DNA of 64,000 bases from Eledone cirrhosa. Taxonomy: Eukaryota. The position numbers and the translations under genes are program-made. Positions 12,003-25,840 of this stretch are shown one piece after another. The notes beneath the pieces were generated by a model. That model saw only the letters and a program-made list of their open reading frames with translations. It did not search any database and was not told where the DNA came from. Where the stretch lies: the NCBI GenBank assembly GCA_964016885.1, contig OZ024744.1, positions 126,294,001 to 126,358,000 of the forward strand, written 5' to 3'. Numbering within the stretch: position 1 is the stretch's first letter; each line of letters begins with the position of its first letter.

Positions 12003-12270
12003 CTAGCAGTGGTACCCGGCGTTGCACGGGATAACGTATTTCGGAACGCGGGCCGCCATCTTCCACTTCAGCCGGTCGCCCTAAAGTGTTGGCTATTCAG
12101 TCTACTTGAGGCCAGTTGGTGAGGGGGGGGGGGTAAAGCTTTCAGTGTGCTACTACCCTCACGGTCAAATAGAAAGGGAGAGGAAGAAAAGTCAGCGTTA
12201 ATATCGTGCTACACGTTTGAAAGGTTGGATGACCTTAGAGTTCACCAGGGTGGGGGGTTCTAAAAGTATC
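12003..12270 (-). mobile_element. Non-autonomous Helitron-like element (3' terminus at 12003)
   Basis: Reverse complement reads CCCGTGCAACGCCGGG-TACCACTG-CTAG|TATATA, the same terminus as 8881-8910. The 5' boundary is uncertain. Confidence 0.7.
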
Positions 12271-12379
12271 TATCTTGGTATTTTATCTTAGAAGTAATCA
12301 TTACAGAGTGTACTGGGTGTATTTTAGTGGGCAGTAATTCCATAAAGAACACAGTATAATCTGTGGACACAAGCCTTGC

Positions 12380-13095
12380 AGTGTGATTACAGGCAGGTTA
12401 ATGGGAAAGATAGATTATATATGTGACATGATGTACATGAGAAGTGAGGACACAGACCACACATGAAATAGATTCCTACAACTGTCAGGGAGGCTCCCTA
12501 GAATTACAGATGACATATTTCAATATCTCGGTGATCAAGTTAGCAGTGGAGGAAGAATCTCTAAAAGTGTAATACCCAGGATAAGGACAGGCTGGAAGAA
12601 GTTTAGAGTACTGTTCCATCTGTTGACAACAAAGGGCTTCTCTCTCAGAATGGAGGCTAGACTGCTTGATACTTATGTGTGGTCTGCAATCTACACCCCA
12701 GCCATGCCCCTTCCACTACCACTCCTTAGCTATTTCTCTCCATTAATACTCCTCACATTTCAAGCAGTTTTCTCATCTCAATGAAAGAAAAATATTGGGC
12801 TCAAGAGAAGTCTTCAGTTATGCCATGGTGTGGCAACCTCCCTAGGGTTGGGCAGAGTGTAAATGAGAGTGAAATTAGGTATGAGAGGGATCAGATGCAG
12901 TATACAAGAGAGTAGATTACATTGGTATGGTCATGTGATGGGTATAAAGGATGACAGCTGTATAAAAATGTGCTGGGCAATCAAAGTTGATGGAAGTTAT
13001 GAAGGCGGAAGACCTAGGATGACCTGGGATGAGGTGATAAAAGATGACTTTGCACAATTGCAACTCTCAAAAACAATGACACAGGATAGAGATCT
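12380..13095 (+). mobile_element. Degenerate RTE-clade LINE 3' fragment
   Basis: ORF 12863: RLHWYGHVM...GRPRMTWDEVIKDD, a typical RTE C-terminus. Confidence 0.75.
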
Positions 13096-13353
13096 TATTT
13101 ATGTTTATTTACGTTTAGCGTAATCGATTTGTTTTCGATTTGTTTCCATATCACCACGCGTTTTATTTCATAGTCATAGTTATCAAGTTAGAAAACAAAT
13201 GAAGTTCAGGGGGCCGACACTACCGACTTTCTTAAAGAAAAACAATTTAACGCGGGTAACTACAAGATAGGCATCAGTAGTAGTAGCTCCCTAAACTGTT
13301 TCCATCCCATTCTCACTCAGGCTACTGTACCTTCAGAACACCCACCTCCACTG

Positions 13354-15693
13354 TTAATTTGGTTAATTAAGTTAACAGAAATTATGAACCGGTTTCTACA
13401 GAGCCTTCTGGACATTTAACCCTTTAGCATTTAAACCAGCCATACCTAGCCAGAATACTCTCACATCTTTCTGTTCAAACCAGCCATAACTGGCCACTCA
13501 TACTGACGTTAAGGTATTGTTCTCAATATAAATAATATCAAAATCTCATAGATTCGATATTATATGAGATAATTATGTAAGATAAAGCCTTTACCACAAA
13601 AATACAATAGTATATATAGAGTAATAAAAATGCTAAAGGGTAAAAGTAGCTTATTATTTTGTGAGCTCTTGCTACTTATTGCTCTTGTGCATCAAGAACA
13701 TACACAGCTTACATTTTGTTGCTAATCTCACTGAGATCCAACTACATCTCTTGTTTATCCATAGTTTGGAATTTCTACCTACTCCTTTCCTTTAGAATGA
13801 TCAAGGCCATTTTCTTGTGGGGATCTAGGCCCTGTTTTCCTTTCTATTTTGCCAAGTTATCTTACATCACTTTCATTCTAGACCATGCTTCCAGGTTTGG
13901 AATTTCTCCTCTAATTTTACCACAGATTAAGTGACAAGGGTTCAATCATGTGCATACAGGAGTTCCCATGGACAGCCAGTAATATGTAATAGCCTGCAGG
14001 ATGATAATAAACAGAAGAGGGTTAATTACAGAGCCCTGATAGAGGGTTAATAACAGAGCCCTGATAGACTTGTTCACTCAACTCCTCACTATAGCCATCA
14101 TTACTTTTAACCTTACTGACTGCTCCTCCATACATGGCTTTTACTGCTCTCACAAGCCACTCATATACCCCTAGTTTTCTAAGTTATACACCAGATTAGG
14201 GAAGGGGGAAGTCTCACAGAAGCTCTCTCTGGGTCAACAAATGCCAAGTAGAGGGGCTTATTTTAGCTAGGTACTACTCTTGCAGTTGCCACACAAGGAA
14301 GAGGACATCAGTGGTACTTTTACCTGGCACAAATCCAAACTTCATCTCATCTAGGTTAACTTGGTCCCTAATCAGCTGTGTTATAAATCTAACACCTTCA
14401 TGAAGTGGTCCATCTAATATCTCTATAGTTTTCTAGCTCTAGTACATCTCCTTTGCCCTTGTAGCAGTTGATGATGATGATACTACACCATTTATTTGGT
14501 ATGACACCATTTTGTATTACATGCTGTACGATACCAGTGGTTAAGATGTGACCCACCATCCCAGATACTTTCAGTATCTCAGCAACTATCACCAATGGAC
14601 AAGATACTTTCTCTGTCTTCATATCCTTAATTACCTTACTTCATATCCTTAATTACCTTACTGCTTACTTGTATGGCTGGACCCTCTGTTGGGCCCACTT
14701 TCCGTAGACTATCTTCCTCCCATGCATTCTCCTCATTCAGTAATCTTTCATAAAGGCATTTCCATGTTACAAAGGTTGGCTGAAAAGTTCATAGACTATC
14801 AATGATAGCATGATGCTAGAGCTGTGAAATCTTGCCTGCATTAATTTCAACTCTTCTTATTAATAACTGCATTGTTTCCTTCCAGGGACTATGTTGAAAA
14901 ATAAACCTCATTTGGTCATTCCATGAGTGTATCTTGGTCTGCCTATGAACTTTTCAGCTGACCCTATTCAGCATCAGTGAGCCCAAATGCCCCATTATCA
15001 TCCTGGACACACTTTACCCCAACATCACAATTTGCCCTCACACACTGCCTCACAATCCTGAACATCTCATGTATTTCATCCTCACATCATAAAACCAACT
15101 GAAATTATATATTCTCTGCTTCCCTCCTTGCAAAGAATACTTCTTGCCTAGCTTCCTGTAGTGTACCCTCCAGCTGCCTCCATTCTGCCATTATTCCATG
15201 CCTGTCTCTTGGCCTTAACTGTCTCATCTACCCTAGTGTTTCACCACCAAGATACTCTCCTCTCTGAAGCCCTGCTCCAGCCACAGATCTAGTTTGACAC
15301 CTTCAGCAAAGGTTCTTTAAGGAACTCCCACTGTTCCCCTATATTGTATGTTTCTATTTGTTCTTCCTTACTGTTGTAAAGATCAAACAAAATATCTCTA
15401 AATTTGGAACTGGCTGAGGGGTCCTTTAACTTCCATATCCTTCTCCTCCAAGTTGCCCTCAGTCTTCAAGTTCATCTAAGTCTATGAAATCACTAACTAC
15501 TGGGTTATGTTGGGAGGTGCATTCTTCCCCAGGGGGTGGGGATTGTGTGTTTACAAATGTCAATATCTCATCTTCTGGTGAGGATAAAAATCTGACTGGC
15601 ATGCTCCTCTGACCAATAGGTGTTGAAGTGGTTGTCGGGTAAACGTTAAGACCCTCTGATATACATATATATATATATACTAGCATGGTACCC
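13354..15693 (+). repeat. 2.34-kb local duplication of 9677-12017 (copy A only)
   Basis: Constant offset of 3677 (ORFs 10039/13716 and 10721/14398). Ends at TACTAGCATGGTACCC, a truncated Helitron terminus. Confidence 0.95.
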
Positions 15694-15726
15694 ATGCTTT
15701 CCAGCATAGAGTTACGTCTCTTTATG

Positions 15727-15830
15727 GTCTGAGTTCAAATCACGCCGAGGTTAACTTTGCCTTTCATCCTTACGGGGTCGATAAAATAAAGCACCAGTAA
15801 TGTACTGGGGTCGATTTAATCGACTTTCCC
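15727..15830 (+). mobile_element. tRNA-derived SINE
   Basis: GAGTTCAAAT B-box-like motif plus GCCTTTCATCCTTACGGGGTCGATAAAATAAAGCACCAG core. Related fragments at ~27147 and ~30565. Confidence 0.75.
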
Positions 15831-15876
15831 CTCCTCTGCCAAATGACACACACATGCATGGTTCGGGGGAACCTAC

Positions 15877-15932
<56 letters not shown>

Positions 15933-17091
15933 GTAGGTCACTGGTTGAGTCGGTATTAACCACAGTAACTAAGGTACTCAATACATATTAGATATAGGTG
16001 TCTTTCTAATTGCTGGCCTTGTTCATAAGGTATACACAAGTATGATGTGTGTCTGTTTAACTGTACGTGTGAAAACATCGCGAAATTGCGCCTTTTAATA
16101 TTTGAATATAAACAGTTAAAAAATAATTATTTTAGTAATTTTTAAATATCGATAATGTGTATATAAATATTAGAAATCAATTTAATTAGTTCAGTAACAT
16201 TACTCGGAGTTAAGATAAACCTTCATTTGAAGAAATTCGAGATTTGACCAAATAAATAGATTATGTGATCAATAAAAAAAATATGTATACGCGCTTGAAC
16301 GACGGGTTGCAGACAGTCAGGCATACAGACACATATTTTAAAGCGTGCGACGTTAAAAGTCTTACTCTCTCTCTTTTTAGATAGATAGACTTAATTAAAG
16401 CAGTTTCACTCTCTCTATATTTCATCAGCTCCCTCTCTCTTAAATTGAAAGATTCATTAAGGCTGAAATAATCTAAACAGTAACATCATATTCGCCAGCT
16501 CTAGCTTGCGTCCAGAGATATACACACACATATATATATATTTTTTTTGTTATCGAGTTGAGCTTTGCCAAGCATAGAATTCCAAATTTGACCATCTCCA
16601 CTGAAAATGTTCGTGAAATAGTCTTTAAGAAGCAATTTAATTTTTTCCAACTGAAACTGTAAGTATTTTAAAATTTATTTCAACATGGTCTTAAAAGATT
16701 GTTGGCTTTTTTTAAATTCATAACTATTTACTATGAAATATAAATTATTAAATCCAATTTATTTGATAACCATGATTTGATTTTATAATTACCTGAATCA
16801 CGTTAACATGTATGTATATATATACACACACACGTGTGTGTATATATATATATATATAATAATTGTTTCTACGTTACGCAGTGTATTACTGGTACTGTAT
16901 TTTACGATATTAAATATTAAATATTAACTATTAGATATTAAATATTAAATATTAGATATTAGATATTAAATATTAAATATTAAATATGATATCCCTGAAA
17001 TATATATAATGAAATAAATATGGTTTTATAAATGTAATTTCCATTTGTTTAATATCAAATATATATATATATATATATGTATTTATGTATA

Positions 17092-17163
<72 letters not shown>

Positions 17164-17389
17164 GCAGACACAGACACAGAATATCGTATATATCACACAC
17201 ACACAATTAAGACTTGACGTGTTGCAGACAGCCAGACATACAGAGAGATATTTTAAAGCGTGCGACCTTAAATGCCTTACTCTTTCTCTTATCAAAAGAG
17301 AAAGAGTAATGCTAACACTTACGTCTACTTCACGCTCTCTTGAACCGTTACAGAAATTGCATCACATCTAATTATAACTTTGTACGTTT

Positions 17390-17806
<417 letters not shown>

Positions 17807-20800
17807 TAATAATAATAATGAAATGATTGTGTACAGTGCTCAGGTGCACTACAACTCATCAAAGGTGCATGTATAGTACATAGAATAATGTACAAATGTC
17901 AGGAAAATAAACAGTGTATGAGTCATGATATAATAACAATAACAATAATGAAATATTGTGCACTGCCCAGGTGCACCACAACCCATCAAAAAAGTGCATG
18001 TACAGTACATAGGGCAATGCACAAACATCAGTAAAATGAACAGTGCACACATGTGTGCATGTGTATGGAAGGGGCACATCAGGTGTAGTTTTGGCGTATT
18101 TCGGGAAGCATGAGTGTCTTAAAGGATGCAGTGTCTCGGCAGCTAACAATTGACGCAGGCAGTTTGTTCCATGTTTCAGCAACTCTGAGCGTGAAAAAAT
18201 GTCTGCGAAAGTCATGGGAGCTGTGCTGTTTTCTTATCTTGTAGGCATGTCCACGTGTGTTAGACACATGGAGATCAAAGAGGCGCTCAGGGTTGCAGTT
18301 GGCGAGATGGTTAAAAACTTTGTGGGTATTCACCAAGTCCACTGCCAGATGTCGGAGCTTCAATGAATCCATGCCCAGGGAAGCAAGGCGTTCAGAGTAT
18401 GGTAGGTGTCTGATGGAGGGTATGCGCTTGGTTGCACGTCTCTGAACAGTTTCCAGGAGGTCAATGTTCCGAGCAAGATAGGGGTTCCAGACTGATGATG
18501 CGAATTCCAAGTGTGGTCGCACCATAGCTGTATACAGTTTTAAATAGATGGCTGGAGAGCGGCTAACAAAGGTCTTGCTGAGTGATGCCAAGACACCCTC
18601 GGCCTTCTTGACAATCTTAGAGACATGCTTTGTCCAACGCAAATCGTTGCCGACAGTAATGCCCAGGTCACGTTCACAAGAGGACTTTTTGATGTCAGTG
18701 TTGTGGAGGGAGTATGTGGACGCTGGATTTTTCCTTCCAAAATGCATGGTGGTACACTTGTCCACAGCCAGCTTCAGTTGCCAGTCTGTGATCCATTGCT
18801 GCATTGTGTCCAGGTCTGATTTTAGGAAAGAGTTGTAAATTTCAGGATCAGTCCTTTTGATTTCAAGGTACAGCTTGATGTCATCTGCATATTTTAGTAC
18901 CGTGGCATTCTGTAAGTTGGCATCTATGTCATTAATATATGCCACAAACAAAAGAGGACCAAGAACAGATCCCTGTGGTACACCAGATGACATCTCATAT
19001 GGTGAAGAATGCTGTCCTAGAACCGTGACTACTTTCCTTCGGCTGAGAATGAAGGATTTCAGCCAGTCGAAAAGATCATCCCTCACACCCATTGCAGAGA
19101 GTTTTGCCATAAGTCTTTTGTGTGGCACAGAATTAAAAGCCTTAGCAAAGTCAAGGTAAACAACATCCACCCATGAGCCGCTGTCAGTGATCCGGGTGAT
19201 GTCCTCAAGGAACTCGATAAGCTGATCACAGCAGCTGGAGTTAGGGATAAATCCAAACTGTGAGGGCCGGATGAGGCTGTGAGAGCTCCAGAAGTTCCAA
19301 AGTGTTTCTCTGACACAGGATTCCATCAGTTTGGCCATACAGCTAGTAAGACTGACTGGACGATAGTTGACAGGTGACATGCGGTTGCCCTTTTTGAACA
19401 GGGGAATGACACTGGCAGTTTTCCACTGCTCCGGAGTAGCACCATTGCTGAGACAGTATTGAAAGAAAAAAGAAAGCTGGCGCAAAAGGAAATCCCCGCC
19501 ACGTTTGAGAAGCAGGTATGTCACACCATCAAGACCAGGGGAGGCATAGTTGCGCTTATTCTTAAGGTGACGTCGCAACATTGCAGGTGTAAATTCCATA
19601 GTTGTTATGGAATTTGATGTTAGAGATGGTGGAGATGGTACATTCTGGTTTTCAACAGTAAAAATACTTGCATAGCACTCAGCAATGAGTTCTGCGCATT
19701 CCTTGGGATCGTCAGTGATCTGGCTTGTGTGGGGATTGCGAAGAGGACCAACTGGAGAGTGAGGTCTCTGCTTTGAATGAACATATTTCCAGAACACCTT
19801 ACTGTCAGGATTGGTTGCGATGCACTGTTCAAATTCAAGCACTGCCTTCTTTGTCACTTGCTTGAGATGGTTAGAAGATTTATTCCGCTTTTTTCTGTTG
19901 GCATCTGATCTATGCAGTTTATATTCCCGTTCAGCGTTCCGACGTTCTTTCCTGGCAAGTCGGACTGCTGAAGTTTCCCAGATTGCACTTTTGGGGTGGT
20001 TATTTTTCCGCTTCCGTGGCACTGATGCTGCACACGCTATCCATATTGAGTCCAGGATGCTCTGGAGTATAGAGTTCACATCTCCAGAGTTATACATCTC
20101 ATGCCAGTTTGGGCGCTGTAGCTCAGTGCAGTACAAGTTCCAATCCGCCCTCTTCCAATCAAAGCAAGCAGATTGGAGATGGCTCTGGTTTTTGTTGCTG
20201 CCCTCAAGTGCCAGATTGGCAATGATCATAGCATGATCAGAGTCGCCTAGAGGTTCCTCAGTAGTACAACTGATAACCACTTCAGGAGTAGTGGTGAAGA
20301 TCAGGTCCAAAGTGTTGTCACCTCTTGTTGGAGAGGTGACTACTTGTGACCAGTTTGAGTCCAGCACTAGTTCAAGGAAATCGTTTGCACCCTGTGGCCA
20401 ACGAAAGGTTTCCCAATCGATCTCAGGATGATTGAAGTCACCTGCAATAAACACATAAGTGGCTGTTTTCTTGGGCAGCAACTCTGAGGATATCGCAAAG
20501 CTGTGTGTCCTGATGGTAGTTTGGGGGGCGATAAACAACACCAAGCAGAAGTGTTGACATGGTCATACGTATGTCACAGAAAAAAACTTCTTCCTGTGAT
20601 TCGTTCAAATCAACGCAAGGAATTACCGAAAAGTTTGAACGAACGTAGACCATCACACCACCACCACGGCGGTTAATGCGGTCCTTGCGGAAAAGGTTGT
20701 ACCCAGTAATGGTGAAAACCCCATCACAGAGTAAGGAATGTGCCCATGTTTCCGTGACTGTGATGAAGTCAGGGTCGATGCTTCTGACGTAGGATTCGAA

Positions 20801-21056
20801 CAGATGTATCTTGTTGCATAAACTGCGAGCATTTAAGGACAACAATTTGTACCCTGCTCGCAGTCTATGATGGTGTGTAGAGGGTGGCAGGTTGTTCTGG
20901 TTTAGTTTCCCAGAGTTGTAGCAGTTTTTACATTGCCAGTTATTGTGGGTAGATCACACTCAGACCAGCTGGTATCTCTCTTCCACGTTTCACCCGCCTT
21001 GACAAACCTCCAGATCTGCCCATCATCACGCAGACTGAAACTTTCATCTTGTGCTG
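17807..21056 (-). pseudogene. CR1-clade LINE, 5'-truncated, ORF2 split by a 1-nt insertion (copy A)
   Basis: ORFs 20438-20845 and 18079-20544 together equal the 921-aa ORF of copy B. TTGGGCAG at ~20472 versus TTGGCAG in copy B. (ATT)n tail at ~17807-17820. Confidence 0.92.
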
Positions 21057-21119
21057 TATATATATATATATACACACGTGTGTGTGTATTTATGTATATA
21101 TATATATATACACACACAC

Positions 21120-21161
<42 letters not shown>

Positions 21162-21276
21162 GTGTGTGTGTGTATATATATTTATATATATATACACACA
21201 CGTGTGTGTATATATATATATATATATACACGTGTGTGTGTATTTATATATATATATATATACACACACACGTGTG

Positions 21277-21307
<31 letters not shown>

Positions 21308-21329
21308 GTGTGTGTATATATATATATCT

Positions 21330-21810
21330 GTCTCTCTCCCTGTCTCTCACTCTCCCTCTATCCCCCCTCTCTCTCTCTGTCTCTCTCTCCCCCCCCCTCT
21401 CTCTCTCTAGTAGTAGAGAGAGACAAAGAGAGAGAGATATAAACGTATAACCCTAACCAAACCCTAACCCAACCCTAACCCCAACCCTAACCCTAACCTA
21501 ACCCTAACCCATCTCTCTCTCTCTCTCACCCCCTCTCTCTCTCTCTAGTAGTAGAGAGAGAGACAAAGAGAGAGAGAGATATAAACGTATAACCCTAACC
21601 CAACCCTAACCTCTCTCTCTCTTCTCTCTCTCTCTCTCCCCTCTCTCTCTCTATTCCCCCCTCTCTATTTCCCCCCCCCTCTCTCTCTAGTAGTAGAGAG
21701 AGAGACAGAGAGAGAGAGAGAGATATAAACGTATAACCCTAACCCAACCCTAACCCTAACCCAACCCCAACCCTAACCCATCTCTCTCTCTCTCTCTCTC
21801 TCTCTCTTTG
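21330..21810. repeat. Composite repeat x3: (CT)n-TAGTAGTA-(GA)n-TATAAACGTAT-(AACCCT)n
   Basis: TATAAACGTATAACCCTAACC at ~21438, ~21580 and ~21724. Confidence 0.85.
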
Positions 21811-21959
21811 TTTTTAACATTGTTTTGTTTTTCTTTTCTTTTCTTATTCAGATGACAAACGGCAGAGGATACAACAGAAGAAAAGAACAAAGATAATTAT
21901 TATTATTATTACTATTATTATTTGTTTTATTATAATCAAAATATGCTGTTAGTTAGATC

Positions 21960-22510
21960 TGCATTGCGTACATTTTATATAATTTATGCCAGTTCCTTTT
22001 CTGCATATCGAACATGGCCATTTCCCTGACGGAATAGAGTTTTGTCCTCTTTCGTGACACAAAGTACAGCCAGCGGCATCATTGCGGACAGACTTAATCC
22101 CGAATTGCACTGACACACTGCCTCGCAATACGGAACACCGCACGTCTTTGATCTTCTTCCCGTCGATCAGCCTCCTTGCCATGCTAAGTACACCTGACGT
22201 CTAGCTTCTCTCTTAGCGGCGGCTTTATATTCTTCTCTACTCCCACTAATTTTCCAAGCATTCCATGCTAGCCTTTAGTCTCCAATGGCCCGATCTACCG
22301 TGCTGTCCCACCACCATGTCACTCTCTGTCTGGTTGGAACTCTGATCCAGCCACAAGTTTAATCAGTAGCCTGCAATAAGTTGTCACATAAGAAAATCGA
22401 GTTCTCATGTATGTCATACGACTGTGAATCGTCTTCTTTTTCGTCATACACATATTGAAGGGCTTTCCTAAATTTCTATTTTAGTGAAATCTCTTTTAGC
22501 TTCCAGACCT
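21960..22510 (-). mobile_element. RTE-clade LINE fragments
   Basis: Minus-strand SGKWPCSICRKG and WWDS-like linker remnants. An endonuclease remnant LLEFCDASVLTICKTNFHK lies at 22757 (+). Confidence 0.6.
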
Positions 22511-22999
22511 TTCTTTTTTCCACATCTTCCTGTATGTCTCAATCATACCTGGAGCTGTCCAACATGACCATTGAAATCCCCTGCTAGCATAACGATGTCT
22601 CCGTCCTGTCATTGTGGCTGTTTGTAAAAATTGCTTGTAAATGAAGTCTTTCTTTTCTTTACCTAGCAGAAGCAATTAACACTAACCCAACTGTAACACT
22701 AACCCTAACACTAACTTATGCAGGCCTAGGTAAAGACAAGAAAGATAAAACAAGGAGTGATGCTTCTTGAATTTTGTGATGCAAGTGTTTTAACCATTTG
22801 CAAAACCAACTTCCACAAACCTGCCTCACTGCCGCCTAATAACCTACAAATCAGGCAAGCACAGAAGCCGGATTTCTCGGTAGTTAGGCAGCGAGACAGA
22901 CAGATGGGGTGTGAAGTACCAGGGTGTGCCCCGGGGAGGAATGTTTCCCACAGCGTGGGTTGGTTGTTGGTGATGTCTCGGTTATCTTGAGACGGAGTG

Positions 23000-23172
23000 A
23001 GACGTGCAGGAATACTCTCACGGAATCGCCAAATGAGGTTTATTTTTCAACATAGTCCCTGGAATGAAACAATGTGGTTATTAAGAAGAATTGAAATTAA
23101 TGTAAGATTTCACAGATCTATGATCAATCCTTCACAGTCAGCTTACAAAGTTTTCAGCCAAACCTTGTGTAT
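23000..23172 (-). mobile_element. Mariner-derived MITE (diverged copy of 11091-11292)
   Basis: GAGGTTTATTTTTCAACATAGTCCCTGGAA...TTTTCAGCCAAACCTTG is the reverse complement of the 11091 element. Confidence 0.65.
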
Positions 23173-23384
23173 TTCCAACATTTCAAACCCTATCTAGGAC
23201 TACATTATCTAATGTACAGTACAGTAGTTAGTATTAGTGGCTATCAGACATAGTGTATCTAAATGCAACATTTTTAACATTGTTTTTTTTTTCTTTTCTT
23301 TTCTTTTCTTATTCAGATGACAGACGGCAGAGGATACAATAGAAGAAAAGAACAATGATAATTATTATTATTATTATTGTTGTT

Positions 23385-23781
23385 ATTCCTTGAATCTCAG
23401 TCATTGATGTTGGTTAACTGGAAAGTCCGTTGGAATGAATATCAAGCCACTACCTGCAGCCTCAGATATTCAGGACGTATCGGAGGGTTCTTGCTGTTCC
23501 AAGCAAGCATGCCTTTTGAAGCGTTCCAAAAAGCGTGAAGGGGCCGATTTTCTTTAACCATCCCTGGAAACTTTTGGAGATGGACAAAAAACTGGAACAC
23601 AATAGACCTGACCTGGTGGTTGTGGACAAAGAAAAAAGATCGTGTCTGATTGTGGATGTGGCCTGCCCGTTCAACACGAGAGTGCAAGAGAAGGAGAGGG
23701 AGAAAATTAACCGATACCAGGACCTAAAGTGGGAGGTGAAAAGGATTTGGAACTGCCATGAAGTCAAAGTGATCCCGATTG

Positions 23782-23783
<2 letters not shown>
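23385..23783 (-). mobile_element. RLE-type (R4/Dong-like) non-LTR retrotransposon 3' fragment with 5' inversion, inside an (ATT)n tract
   Basis: Plus strand HNRPDLVVVDKEKRSCLIVDVACP...EKINRYQDL...KVIPI (PD-D restriction-like endonuclease). Minus strand SKSFQGWLKKIG...LQKACLLGTARTLR* C-terminus. Confidence 0.8.
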
Positions 23784-23822
<39 letters not shown>

Positions 23823-24227
23823 TATTATTTGTTTTATTATAATCAAAATATGCTGTTAGTTAGATCTGCATTGTGTACATTTTATATAATTTATGCCAGT
23901 TCCTTTTCTACATATCGAACATGGCCATTTCCCTGACGGAATAGAGTTTTGTCCTCTTTTCTACTCATCAACACTCATTCGTGACACAAAGTACAGCCAG
24001 CGGCATCATTGCGGACAGACTTAATCCTGATTTGCACTGACACACTGCCTCGCAATACGGAACACCGCACGTCTTTGATCTTCTTCCCGTCGATCAGCCT
24101 CCTTGCCATGCAAAGTACACCTGACGTCTAGCTTCTCTCTTAGCGGCGGCGGCTGTATATTCTTCTCTACTCCCACTAATTTTCCAAGCATTCCATGCTA
24201 GTCTTTAGTCTCCAATGGCCCGATCTA

Positions 24228-24380
24228 CAGTTTCTGTCTCAACTCGTCTATGCTTGGTCGTTCCCGCACATTGACATTGCACATCCAACGGAGCATGCTT
24301 GCTTCATTTCTCTCCAGCCGTCGCATGTCCTCTGCAGTTGCTGCCCGTGTCTCACTACCATGCAGCATCGCGCATCTAAA
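24228..24380 (-). mobile_element. RTE-clade LINE fragment
   Basis: AMLHGSET...RRLERNEASMLRWMCNV. Confidence 0.7.
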
Positions 24381-24409
24381 CCTGGCCCTTACCCTAACCC
24401 CAACCTCTT

Positions 24410-25258
24410 TGGTTTTCGTTTTCTCGACGGCTAGCCGCATTTCGTGATCCGCCTTTCGATTGCGCTTCCGTCGCGGCAAAAGAATTGCCTTTCCAGACCG
24501 CCGTCGCCCGACCGGACCCATGATAGAAGACGTTCGTTACCGTTGGAGCAACGCAAATTACTCCTCGGTTGACGCCAAAAACGAACGCCTTCCCGCCTCG
24601 CGCCGCCTTCTCCTCGCCGACCCTCAGCCTCGACGATTAGCCACTTTCCGTCACAGCAGTAGATACGCGTCCGTCGTAATAGCCGTCATTTTAACGCAGG
24701 AGAAACGCCTAATTGCCCTGCACCGCGTTTGACGGCGATCTACGACGGCGACGATGCGCGCACTCTTCCTTGCTGCGACGAAGGTTTCGGCTTTTCGTCG
24801 TGGACCCGGTCAGGTCATGCCGCTGACCTCGCGTTACGGCGACGCGAGAAGACGTTCGTTACCGCTGGAGCAACGCAAATTACTCCTCGGTTGACGCCAA
24901 AAACGAACGCCTCGCGCCGCCGCTTCCTCCTCGGCCTCGACGATTAGCCGCTTTCCGTCACAGCAGTAGATACGCGTCCATCGTAATAGCCGTCATTTTA
25001 ACGCAGGAGAAACGCCTTGACGACGATATACGACGGGTCAACGACGCGCGCACTCTTTCTGCTGCGACGAAGGTTTTGGCTTTTCGTTGTGGACCCGGTC
25101 GGGTCATGCCTCTGACCTCGCGTTGCGTCGCCACCGCCGCGGCGGGCTTGGGTTTAGCCGTAGCTACCCTCGTTTTGCCAACGGCGACGCGAGAAGACGT
25201 TCGTTACCGCTGGAGCAACGCAAATTACTCCTCGGATGAGGCCAAAAACGAACGCTGA
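24410..25258 (+). repeat. Orphan GC-rich repeat block homologous to the 18S-upstream ETS-like region
   Basis: GAAGACGTTCGTTACCGCTGGAGCAACGCAAATTACTCCTCGG x3, shared with 31415-32191. No 18S follows. Confidence 0.85.
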
Positions 25259-25334
25259 AGAGATATTGTCCATGGATATCGGGAATTTTACCCGCCCTAG
25301 ATAGATAGATAGATAGGGATGTATGTATGTATGT

Positions 25335-25392
<58 letters not shown>

Positions 25393-25771
25393 GTATGTAT
25401 CTTTCTCATTCTCTCTGTATGTATGTATGTATGTATATATATATAATTATATATTTATAGACATCCTGAAAGCTTTTTAAATGTCTGAGAGATTGGCTAA
25501 ATATGTTTTGCAGGTATGACCAGTAAGAGAGAGGTAAGTTATTTCAAAACAATTCTTTGACCATTATTTTAAGGTACTATCTCAGTGTATTTTTAAATTG
25601 ACCTCTTGATAGGATGAAATGACCTGTATAATTTTTTTCATATTTAGATGGAATAGAAGAAAAACAAGAAAAATGAAATGAATTCAAACAGAAAATATAC
25701 ACCAATGCCAATGGAGGTATGATTTCAGTTTAATCTTAACCTAATGACCACTTTACAGAGTGTACTGGATA

Positions 25772-25840
<69 letters not shown>

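Noticed and set aside
21820-21895. Polypyrimidine tract + CAG suggesting a terminal exon (also ~23290-23370)
   Set aside because: No upstream exons or coding homology; surrounded by TE debris.
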